DNA of 64,000 nucleotides, from NCBI RefSeq assembly GCF_030144855.1, contig NC_082714.1:94054001-94118000 (forward strand), written 5' to 3'. Positions 38,895 through 50,679 of this stretch are shown here, piece by piece. How positions within the stretch are numbered: position 1 is the stretch's first letter; each line of letters opens with the position of its first letter. The notes beneath the pieces are model-generated. The model saw only the letters and a list, made by a program, of their open reading frames with translations. It was not told the DNA's origin and did no database searches. This DNA comes from Hypanus sabinus. Taxonomy: Eukaryota. The position numbers and the translations under genes are program-made.

Positions 38895-41800
38895 GGTTCC
38901 GGTGACGTCATCTTCCAAAATGGCAGTGAGGTCAACAGCTCCGCAGGAAAAACGCATATTTTCCCCGTTAAGCCATCAAATGCAAGATCTTTCGAAAACA
39001 TCTGAATTAAGAAAGGGAGCAAGAATGGGTAAAAAACATGGAGATTAAAAAAGCGTTACTACGGAGCATATTGACAAGAGGAGTGCAGCGAGCGGCTCTT
39101 CTACCGGACTACGTGGTGGCGAGGCTGACGATGGGCCTCGTTCAGGCGAAGCGGCAAATATAATCAAAATTCTGGAAGAGATACGGGACATCCAAAAATA
39201 TATAAACCAGCAACTAAATGATATCACGTCAGAGCTCGTCAACGTCAATCAAAAAAATAACAGTGGCAGGGACACAAATTCAGAAGGCAGAAGATCGCGT
39301 GCTAAGCGTGGAACAGATACTAAGTAAGACAATAAAAATATTAAATCAACAATAAAGTAAACTGATTGACCTGGAGGGAAGATCACGGTGGAAAAATATT
39401 AGGATATACAATGTTCTCGAAGGAGCGTAGGGTTTATCTATGACGGAGTTTATCCGAAAGCTGCTGCGGGACGTGCTGGAGCTTCCCTTGACTATGGAGC
39501 TTGAAATTTAGAGGGCACATCGTGCGCTCACCCCGAGGCCTCCTGGAGACAGAGAAGATAAGCCACGCTCAGTAGTAATTAGATTCCTTCGATACAATAC
39601 CAAGGCGGAGATTCTACGAAGCGCCTGGAGTAAGAAGAGTGTTTTTGGACGGTAAATTAATATATTTCGATTAAGATTACCCCCCCCCCCCAGTGGTCCC
39701 ACAGAGATGCAAAGTACACTCTGAAGTAAAGGGAATATTAAAGCAAAGAAAGATAAGATTTGAAACTCCAGACTCTGCTAAATAGCGGCTGTTTTATGAC
39801 GATAGGATCCGACTGTATCAGATAGTGAAAGAGGCGACTGCAGACGTGAAGGCCAAAGGGTTGCCCGTCAGTGTGATCAAACCGAGAGAAAGTCTGTCTG
39901 AGCAGATAAATATCCCGGTCTTCTTGGGAAATAGTGTGAGAATTAACAAATCAGGGGACGGGAGGAGGCGGGAGAAATATATCTGGAAGAGACTGCGAGT
40001 TTTCCGAAGACAGCCCTCATCCCCTCGTCGGAGAGCCATAAAGTTTGGTTAATTTTCAAAGTGTTCAGAAGCTAAATGGAAGCAAAAATAGACTGTGACA
40101 TCCCTATCGCGAGAAATACTTACTATAATATGGATTTTATATTACTCAATTATTCTTTTTTATACATTCATTCATTTTTCCCACCTAAATGAGAATATTT
40201 AGGAATACACAGGGGTATATTTTCTGTGTAATTGATATAGATTTGTTTACCTACTTTTATGGGTACTGCAATGGGGGCCCTCGAATCACAGGTAGGAGAG
40301 GCTGTCTCCCACAGCAAGCCGTTTCTTCTAGCTTAACCCAGGGTCATGTACTAGAGACATCAGCCTTGGAATTACACCCTCGTTGCCTTTTTTTTTATTA
40401 TTATTTGCGTTTCTTGGTTCCTAATTGTTCAGTGAGTAGATCGATTAAGCTTTATTCGGCTAATTTCAATTATATCTTGACAGATAAATACACGTGGCTC
40501 AGGACTAAGTAAAATTCATTTCGTTTAACGTCAATGGGCTGTTAAATCCAATCAAACGTAGTAGACTTCTATCCAAAATGAAAAAAAAATATGAACAAAC
40601 CCATGTAGTATACTTACAGGAAGCTCACTTAAGTGACAATGAGCATGGAAAACTAAAGAGAATAGTTTTCACTAACATTTTTTTCTTTTCATATAAATCA
40701 GGAAATAGGAGTCGAGTTGCTATTCTTATCTCAAATAAGCTGAATTTTGAAAACGTATTCGAAATGTGTGCGGGCGGAGGATAGGCGGAAATTCAGTTAC
40801 TCTATTGAATATGTACGCACCACTAGGAAGTGATACTGGTTTCTTTCAGAAAATTACGTATAATATGGTAACGAAAACAGAAGATATGTGATATGTGGGG
40901 AAGAATTAAACTTACATTACAACCAAAGTTCGAGTCTTCCAGTAGAAAAACCTAAGAAACAAAATCCTTATTTAAGAAACGTAATAGACATTTTGAGGTT
41001 CTTTGTCTAATTGATATATGGAGCGACCTTTAGTCCCAACAGAAGGGATTGCACTCATTATTCTTCCCCTCCCCATTGTGTATATACAAAAATAGACTAT
41101 TCAATAACATTTGGAAAAGACAAAGACAAATTAAACACCTGTGGATTTGGGACAATATATGTAACGGACCATGCACCTATATATTTATCTGTTGATTTTG
41201 ACCTACAGCCAAAGAATAGTATTTGGAAACTAAGCTCAAGTCTGCTCAATGATCCCTATTTTAAGGAACAAATTAAAAAAAGAAATTGGTCTTTACTTAG
41301 AATTCAATGATAATGGAGAGGTTTCACCCCCCATTCTATGGGATACTCTGACGGTCGTTTTAAAAGGGAAAATTATATCGATAGCTTCATATAAGAAAAA
41401 CAATAGAAATGAAACATTAGGGGAATTAGAAAATAGGCCGATGAATCGAGAAAAAATTAATTTGCACATGATTCATTGGAGGAAATTATAATAATTAGGA
41501 ATGAAATCAATATTCTGGCTACGCATTACGTCAGGAAAAATATAATGTTTCTGATCAGAGACATTATGAAAGTAAATCTAAGTCTATGAAAATACTGGAG
41601 TGGAAACTGAAAAAAAAAGATAGCAGAAAATACAATTCATAGAATTAGTAATCCAACAACAACAATGATAAAAAGAAAATAAGTTAAATGAAATTCAAGA
41701 AACATTTGAAGTGTTTTACAAAACTCTATATTCCAAAGTTCCAGGGGAAAAAAAGCCAAATTGACACATTCCTGAAAGCTCCACATTTTCCCACTTTAAG

Positions 41801-44800
41801 CGAAGAACAAAATAGAACGATGACTGCTGACATAACTGAAGATGAATTATGAGCTGCAATTAGTAGGGTTAAGTTAAGCAAGTAACCAGGATCAGATGGG
41901 TATACGGCAGAGCGGTACAAATAATTTAAAAATGAGTTAATTTCTGTCTCCCCGCACTGAACTGGGCTCTAAAAAAGAAACGGATGCCACTCAGCTGGAA
42001 GGAAGCGATACTCTCAGCTATAGCGAAAGAAGGCAAGGATAAAATGGAATGCGGGTCATTTAGACCAATAACCGTTCTTAATATAGATTATGGATTATTT
42101 ACCTACATCATGGCCAAACGATTAGAAGAGTTTCTACCCATACCGATTCTTACATACCCTGTGGGTATTTCGTGACTGTCTTATAACCATGATGTAATTG
42201 AGTATCGGTTGGGCAAGGTGTAATGCAGTTGTGATGGTAGGGTGATGTAATTTCCCACAGTTTGAGGTCACGTGACTACCTGTTCCAACTGGTATAAATG
42301 GGAAAGCCTGCCGTGACGCAGGAGATTTTTGTGTTGAGACGTCTTTAGTTACTCCGTTATGCTGCGTATTTGATTTCATGACGCAGTTTCGTTTTAAAAT
42401 TGAGTTTTAATTTCTACTTTAAGAGTCTCAGAGTTTATTGCCGGCAGTTTCTAAAACGCTGCCAGTTGTGGCTTGATTCAATTTTAAAGTCTAAGTATTG
42501 GAGAGTGAAGATTGTACCGAAGTACGGGAACCCGGAAGGATCCAGTAAAGTTGGTGTCGTCGGCATTTTAACACAGGATTTATTGTTCTTCGTTCAAAGA
42601 AGCAGTAAATTGTAACCTAGATAACCCGTGCATTGTAGTAAGATCAAAAAGGGTTGGGAGCAGCTTTATTCTTTCAAGGAAAACGACAGTTCCTTTAAGC
42701 CGTTTTTATTTCATTCTTCGTAAATCCTTCGGGCAAAGCACATTTCGACTGTGATCAGCAGTAACGTCACGTCGTCGATGAATTCATTTAATCAGGAAAG
42801 TCTCTCCTAATTGACTTTGTAAATCAATCAGACTTTCGCATATGCCAATTTAATAACCATATTCGCATTTACCACTTTAAGAATTGTTCGAGTTGACGTA
42901 CAGCAGTTAACTTCCGGGTAAGTTAGTCGTTTTTTTTTACTTTTCATTTTTTATTGAGCAGTGTTTAATAAATGTTTAATTTGTTTATAAAAAACCTGTT
43001 TCAATTCTATATTCATTGGTGACAGAGGCCGACCGTAGCATAACACTGATACCTAACGATCAGACAGGTTTTGTACAACAACGCCAAACACAAGTCAATA
43101 CACGAAGGACACTTCACATTATGGATAATATTTTAAAAAATCGAAGCAATAGTGATAAGTGCAGAGAGCTGAAAATGCATTTGAATCGGTCGATGGGAAT
43201 TTTCTTTACAGAGTTTTACATAGATCTGGTTTCCATGACTCAATTATTAAAACTGTACAAGCACCATATGACAACACTACTGTTAGGATTAAAATCAATG
43301 GATATTTATCAAATGGCCTTACCCTGGAAAGTGGCAAGAAACAGGGTTGTGCATGGTCACCGCTAGTGTTTGCATTATATCTGGAACCATTAGCTCAATA
43401 CATCAGACGAAATGAAAATCTCGGGTGAATTACTATTAAAGGGACAGAACATAAATTGGCCTGTTATTACATTTCGATCTATCTCGAGCAAGCAACATAC
43501 TCTTTACCTAAATTGATACAATCCTTTGAACAACATGGTCAATTATCAGGACCCAAGATCACCATAGATAAAACTCACTTACTTTCTTATAACTATAGCC
43601 TACCAAGAGAAATGGAAAGTAAATATCGCTGGGCATGGCAGAGTCTTTCAAATATTTGGGCATCCTTATGCCAAAAGATGTGACAAAATTATCAGAATAC
43701 AATTATCAGCATATATATATATATTAAAAATTAAGTTAGATATAACAAGATGGAACCTAATTATTTTTTTAAAATTTGTGTTCAATGATTGAATCTATTA
43801 AAATGAATATACTGCCCAGACTATTATAACTCTCTCAAACACTACCAATAGATATTAACCAAAATCAATTCAGTGAATGTAACAAGATGTTATCGAGCTA
43901 TATTTGGCAAGGTGAAAGGCCCAGAGTTCGTCTGACAACATTGCAATCAGCCAAGGAAAGAGGGGATGTGCCCTACCTTCTCTCAGAGATTATTATTTTG
44001 CTTTGGGGCAACCCTTCATATGACACTCAATGGAAAAACATTGAGGATGCGGGTACTTCCTATCCCCATACAGGCAATTTTGGATGATAACAATCTACAG
44101 AGGTTCATAAATACTATTGGTAACCCAGGGGTGAAATGGACTCTTAAAATATGAAAACGTATTATAAAATAATACAAACTAGAGAGAGATATTGCAATTC
44201 TTAAATGGAGTACAAATGACTCGGATATTACGGCGAATAAGCTGGATGCTAGATTTCAGGACTGGACAGCTAAAGGAATAATAGTTCTTTGCAATATAAT
44301 GAAAGAAGGAACACTTCAATTTTGAAATACTTAATTGAAAGATAACGTTAGAAAAACAGGACTTTTATCGGGATTTACAGATGCGGCAATATGTTATTAG
44401 GACGGTTAAAATGCAACTAGGGCAAGTACATGTTTGATAGAGCAATTTAGAAAAAGATTTGATTCAGATAACGATAGTAGAATCATTTCAAGCGTGTATA
44501 AGGGCTGGCCAAATCTTAAAACACATTCGACTTAATACATTAAAATTAAATGGGAGAAGGACAGAGGGATAATTATGTCTGAAGAAGAATGGACAACAAT
44601 ATACAGATATCAATGGGAGTGTACCAGTTCACAGAAATGGAGGGAGTTCTGAAGGAAAAACTTGATCAGATATTTTATTACATATTCTCAGAAATTCCAT
44701 TATGATAGTAATCTCCCTTTTTGCTGGAGAAATTGTGGAAATCTAACTGCAAACCATTATCATAATTTCTGTGAATGCCCCGTTATCAAAGGAGATTGGA

Positions 44801-45337
44801 GTGGGATACACACTGCCCTACAAGACATCATCAAATATGAAATATCCTTAGAAAGTAAGAATATATTTTGGGTCGAAAAGAGATCAATATTCAATGAATA
44901 TACTGTCTGGTGACTGGTAAAAATACTTCGAATAGGAAATGGCTATCAAGGGAGATCCCAATCTTAAATGCATGGATGGAAATTACACTGGATATTTACA
45001 AATGGAGAAGATAACAGCAACTGTTAATCATAATTTGGAACAATTTGATTCATACTGCGAAAATGGTTTAACTACATAACACCTCATAGGCCTGATTTTA
45101 TTCTCTCAAATCAATGAATATGTTGTAAAAAAAAGATCACTCCCTACTTGTACATAGTTTTCTCTTTTCGTTTGTTCTTTCTTTCCTTTCTTTTCTATAA
45201 GTGTATACCTCAGATAAATACGATGTGGAGATTTGTTGCATATATGACTATATGATATCTATGTACCATATCTGAAAAACATCTAATGGAAATTTTTGTT
45301 TGACGATGAACTTCAAGAAAAATACTTTACAAAAAAA
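38895..45337 (+). mobile_element. Near full-length, heavily mutated L1-clade LINE (5' UTR, ORF1, ORF2, A-rich 3' end)
   Basis: ORF1 about 39038-40052; ORF2 motifs SFNVNGLLNPIKRS, LQEAHL (APE endonuclease), PGSDGYTAE, FRPITVLNIDY, QGCAWSPLVFALYLEPLA, C-terminal CWRNCG..NHYH..CP; many stops/frameshifts, YADD lost near 43460. Confidence 0.92.
42148..43045 (+). mobile_element. Solo LTR (898 bp) inserted in the L1 ORF2, related to the 12996 LTR
   Basis: Termini T(C)TTACA...CATAACA; flanks CCGAT (42143-42147) / CTGAT (43046-43050); removal restores EEFLPILIPNDQTG; TATAAAT 42293-42299, AATAAA 42967-42972; collinear motifs with the first LTR (gaggtca.gtgac, cctttaagccgttt). Confidence 0.88.
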
Positions 45338-47059
45338 GGCACAGAACATGCTTGAATCACAGAATCAATGTTTGTCATAATAAATGAGCCTGTACAAGTC
45401 TTGTAAATCCCGGAGCGTCAGGTCTTGAGTCGTTCAAAGGATTTCGGTGTGACCCAAGATTCGGTACGCTTTGGTCCAACGAGCTAGAAACCAATCGGAT
45501 TATCATCTGCGGGCAGAGGAGGATGCACCCCAAGACAGGCATGAAGGATTGGCGCTTGGGACTAGAATATATAAAAAACATTGTCAACTAAATTTATCGC
45601 ACAGCATAATCTACCATTGTTTAGTGGAGTCCCAACTGTGCCGACCTTCCACTTCGAGACACCTCCTTAAATAACTCAAGCACATTTGTAAAATATGGCT
45701 CCCGTTTTATCTGACTCCGTTCATTCCCATCATTTTTGTATCGAATATCAAGTTTGTGCATCTTAGATAGGTGCTCAGACAGCGTCCGTACCTGAGCCAT
45801 CCTGCCGTCTCCCTGACTTATCACCGATTGAGGATTGTGTCCCAGTGTATTGAAAGAACATTATCTAGCCAATTTATAGTTTGTTACGGAAATGTCTTAT
45901 ACGTCCGAAAATGACAGTAATCCCTAGTATACCAGCAGTAGGTCTATGCTGATAGTTGCTAATTACTTCACATTTACCACTGCCTCTCACTGCGTCATGA
46001 CTTCCTTATGCATTTCCCAATATTACATTCCCCCGCTCCCACTAAATGAGAATAGTTCCCAAGTACACAAACCATCCAGTCATGGAATTGCATAGATCGA
46101 GTAAAGCAAAATATTTTAAGGGTTACCAAGTTCCTAAAGTCTGCAGAGGGTTAGAGAGGGCATGAATGCTTCAATGCATCTACAAGGAGATATTGGAAGA
46201 TTAAGTGGCGAGTCTAACTCGTCCTAGGTTTGGGAATGTAATAAATGATTTTAAGATAGTCATAACTGAGGAGTGGAGTGGAGTATTGAGTGCATTTCCG
46301 GTTGTCCGATTATAGTAGAAAATAACTGTAGAGAGTGCGCAAAAGAGATGCAGAACGATGCTGCCATGGAGAGTGTTTTGAATTATAAGTAAACTTTAAA
46401 CATACTTGGGTTGTTTTTAAAACAAATATGAAAAATACACCATGATAGGCTAGCAAATTGAAACCAGGACAACTCCAACACATACAGGATCCTGCATCAG
46501 TGAATTCAGTCGGGTTACTCACAGAGGCACAATAAAATGGCAGACATCATTCACCAAAAGCGTGCTCTTGAAGTACAAACTCGTGAAAAGTATCTCCGTT
46601 TACTATAAATACAAGCCATATCCAGTTTTAGGGCCTGTGTCCTGCAAATTGGATTACGGCAGATACTTTATTACTGATAGGACAATTTTTGCTAACCTCC
46701 TGGATATAATAATAAAGGAAAATAAAACAAGAACAACTTACTTAATATATGCAGCCAGTCGAAGCACAGATAACACACATAATTGAATAAATGAAAAGCA
46801 CCACATATATGCTGAATTATAAGAAGAAATTTTAGTCTGAAAATCATGAACAGCGAATTCATGTTTTGATATAATAGCTACAACTGGTATCATTTCATCG
46901 TCACTGCACAAAGGCATTAAAGATTAAGCATACAAAGCAGCAGTGATGCTAAAACACTAAACCCGACAATAAGAATTGGGCGTGCTTGGCTCTGCCTGTA
47001 GCTCATATCTTAACGGGTTGAGCTGAGAAAAAAATAGTGATAAGATTTCAGCTGTAAAA

Positions 47060-47325
47060 AAAATGCCATCATCATCGTTATTATGTGCAGTGTCCTACCT
47101 AGCTGTTATCAATACTCTTCAGAGATTGCCTGGCGTAGTGGGTCGTATAAACAAGACTCCCGATATGCATCAGCTGCTGATACTATCATCCATACGCTGA
47201 TGGCTTCACAACCCTTATTCGGGCCTAAGCAGGTGCTACCACTTGCTCAAAGCTGACCTGCATGCTGGATGTGGCAAAGTGCACCTTAAACCTCATTTGC
47301 TCGAGACGTATGTCCACCCCACCAC
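47060..47325 (-). mobile_element. RTE-related short element between R4 copies
   Basis: catcatcatcgttattatgtgc tail and gggcctaagcaggtgctacc...gagacgtatgtccacccaccacc segment. Confidence 0.4.
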
Positions 47326-48072
47326 CTAAAGTAAAAATATGACAATGGCATTGAACACTTTCGCTGTACCCGTATTAACTTACTCATTTGGCAGAATACC
47401 TTGGTTCGAAACCGAATCAGGAAAAGTTATGAAGAGAAAAAAAGAACTGAAAGTGACTAATCTCAGAAAACAATATGAATGTTTGAACGCACTTACAGTA
47501 ACACTACCTTGGACAGAAGGAGGAAGAGTAATATGGACATTAAAATACACAACCGTTAGATATAACTTTTAAGGATATACTTTCATCAAGGAAAAGAGGA
47601 GTCAGCACTCCACGCTAGCATGTACAATACTGCTGGCATATACAAACCACTAGTCTTCAAGGAAAACACAACCCAGAAAGATGAGGAACTTGTCAGCATA
47701 GAAGAACAGTTTAACCAATTGAAGAGCATGGACATCCATGGAACACTTCCCACGATCGGAGCAGACTAGACGTCGACAAAGAATCGTCGAATGCCTGACT
47801 CGAAGATGAAGACCGCTTCCCAGGAACAGAGGAACTCTCTGTGGCATAAATGTCGACTATGCCAAGAGGAACCAGGAATATTCCAACACTTTACAGGTCA
47901 CTGTAGCAGCTTAACTCAGTCTTGCTACCTACCCCGACACAATCAACTGACAAACATCATTCACTAGAATCTCGCTCGCGACACCAAACTCTTAAAAGAC
48001 ACTGTACCCTACCATCAATGCAAATCTGATTCAGTTTTAGAGTCGGAACCCTTCAAATTATATTATGACTGA

Positions 48073-48211
48073 AAAAGAGAAAATCTGCAGATGCTGGAAA
48101 TCAAAATAATACACACAAAATGCTGATGAAGGGACTCGACTGCTTACTCTTTTCCATAGACGGTGCCCGGCCTATGGAGTTACTCCAGCATTTTATGCGT
48201 ATTACTATCTG
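48073..48211 (+). mobile_element. Penelope-type mini-element with inverted terminal segment, inserted in an R4 element
   Basis: 8-bp direct repeat ATGACTGA at 48065-48072 and 48212-48219; about 20-bp imperfect inverted repeat (ataatacacacaaaatgctg / cagcattttatgcgtattac); CTGATGAAGGG core present but the CCCGAAAC half is deleted. Confidence 0.6.
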
Positions 48212-50351
48212 ATGACTGATCCTTTATTACTGAAATGCCGATCCATAATATCCGACTGGATACAATGTTACAGGACAAATAAACAAATAAACCACTCCAA
48301 GCTCTGATAACATATAGAAATTAATACGTGAAAATCATGAGATGTATGCTAAATTAAAAGAGGAAGATGGAAGTCTATGGTACATGAACACGGTATACTA
48401 ACCACAGCATTGAGAAGTAAGCGTACTTGATTATGCCCGTACTTCATAGTTTACCAGTTTGAGCTGATAAAAAACTGAAAGTGATCAGATCTTAATAGTA
48501 AAACTGTCCCAATAGTAATATCTACAACTAGTTAATCCTACAGTCACTACACAATAGGATTAACCAATTAGGCCAACATTAAAATATTTCTATAAATCCC
48601 CCAAAAGCGATATTGCAAAATACCTCTAAAAAGTTTCCAGCAATTGAGAAATAAATGTGCCTGGCCATGTCGCTATGTCAGGTTTTACCGGTGTGAGCTA
48701 GGAAAAAAAATAGAACAACAATAATAGTAGAAGCAATGTGCACAGAGACACCACTAATAGCGGGAAAAGCGTTTTCCAGACATCCCATCCGTCAGGGACT
48801 TCAGTCTAATTTGCCCCATTTCCAACCACAACTAAGTTCTGCGTCCACTCTTCTAGACCCATTGGCTACAATTATAACACTTAGCCAAAGAAAAGGGACG
48901 GTGGTAACTATTCGTAGTTATATGGATATGCCAGGAAAAAGCGAACCGGCAGCAGATCTACGTTCTTTAGGTTGAAGATTCAAGAAAAAATGAAGATAAC
49001 CAGTATGACAAGGAGCTCAAGAAAGATCTCTCTGTGAAGATACCAGCCTAGAGAAAGAGCTTTGTTGCTTGGGGAAATCATAGCCTCCAAGCCTTCATTT
49101 AGTTGTCATGTGAATCACTCGAAGCAGATATACACTAATTCTAAAAAGGAAGAGAGATCAAAAGAAATAAACGAACTCGTCATGGACATCAGGCATTTAA
49201 GTAGAGGTTCACCTCCAGCTGCTCAAAGGGTTATTCGGATTGTGAAAACACTGATGGGGTTGATGAAGATGAGAAAATCGTTAAATCAATAAATACAGAT
49301 AAATACTAACCGTGACGTTCATGAAACAGCTAGTTACTCCAGCTGACGTAACATCATATGTCATAGGAGCGGAATTAGACCATTCGTCCCATCGAGTCTG
49401 CTCTGGTTTTCCATCAGAGATGAGTATCAATATTTTCTTTGCAAAACCTTGTCTCAGCTTGATCTGATTCAATTGTATGATGGAACACGCTCTTGGTTCT
49501 CGTCTTTACCGCAACCCCAAGTAGCACGATGCAGGTATAGACTCCGCTGTTCCTCCAGGTTACCAAATGGATCATCACCTGATTTATAACAAGTGTGCCC
49601 GTCTCGCTCCATCCTCCCATGATCTGCCCTGAAATGGTGCAGTAAATGACAATTTGGAAGGAAGAAAATCCTCTGACCAGACGCACCAGGGGAACTGGCC
49701 TGTTACTCTCAGACGGCGGGATAAATGTCAGGATGTAGCTCCGGTTGGTGGAACTGTCCAGACAGAGAATGAGACACCGTTAACCGCAGCTTCAACAGAA
49801 GTACATGGCTGATTATATTCTCACTGTCAAGTACGCTTACCTCCAACAAGAAGTGTAAGCTCTTTAACAAGCGGCGGATGGCGCCCCACCCCCCCACACC
49901 GCCATTCCAGCACAGCAGTAGAAACTGGAATCCTCCACACGAACGTCCCGGATTTCGGGCACTAATGTGCGACTGCAGCAGCGTCTTTTTGTAAGTAGTC
50001 CTAGAACCGGTCTGTCAGCAGTCGGTGAATTTGATCGCTACAGGGGTTTCGGTCGCACGCTGTTTGTGCCACGGGATATTGCTCGCGGCCTCCAGTTTCT
50101 GCGTGTGTTCACCGCTTAGTTCAACCGTCTGACCGAAATCTACAGTCATTGCAGCCGGATTCTGAGAAAAAGTCTTGGGGTTTGCAACTGGAATTATTAT
50201 CAGTTAGTTCTAATAATTTACTATGGAATAAAAGTAGAGATTCGATCCTATTTATTGGTTAATGTATCCATCTGAACAACATCGAAGGGAAGACTAGAAA
50301 GCCAACGTATGTGGTTTTGAGCATATATGTATGCATATATGTGTGAGAGAG

Positions 50352-50643
50352 NNNNNNNNNNNNNNNNNNNNNNNNNNNNNNNNNNNNNNNNNNNNNNNNN
50401 NNNNNNNNNNNNNNNNNNNNNNNNNNNNNNNNNNNNNNNNNNNNNNNNNNNNNNNNNNNNNNNNNNNNNNNNNNNNNNNNNNNNNNNNNNNNNNNNNNNN
50501 NNNNNNNNNNNNNNNNNNNNNNNNNNNNNNNNNNNNNNNNNNNNNNNNNNNNNNNNNNNNNNNNNNNNNNNNNNNNNNNNNNNNNNNNNNNNNNNNNNNN
50601 NNNNNNNNNNNNNNNNNNNNNNNNNNNNNNNNNNNNNNNNNNN
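50352..50643. other. Assembly gap
   Basis: 292 N, flanked by GA/GT microsatellite. Confidence 1.
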
Positions 50644-50679
50644 GCCGGATAGACAAGGGAAAGAGATAGAGACAGATAG

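Larger units (their letters stand above)
46460..48730 (+). mobile_element. Three head-to-tail 5'-truncated R4-clade (REL endonuclease) non-LTR retrotransposon copies
   Basis: RHNKMADIIHQK (about 46525), ALNTFAVPVLTYSFG..W (47340), CCHC knuckle CRLCQEEPGIFQHFTGHC (47851-47904), RHNQLTNIIH; homologous 3' ends ...gagctgagaaaaaaa at about 47030, 48470 and 48705. Confidence 0.8.
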
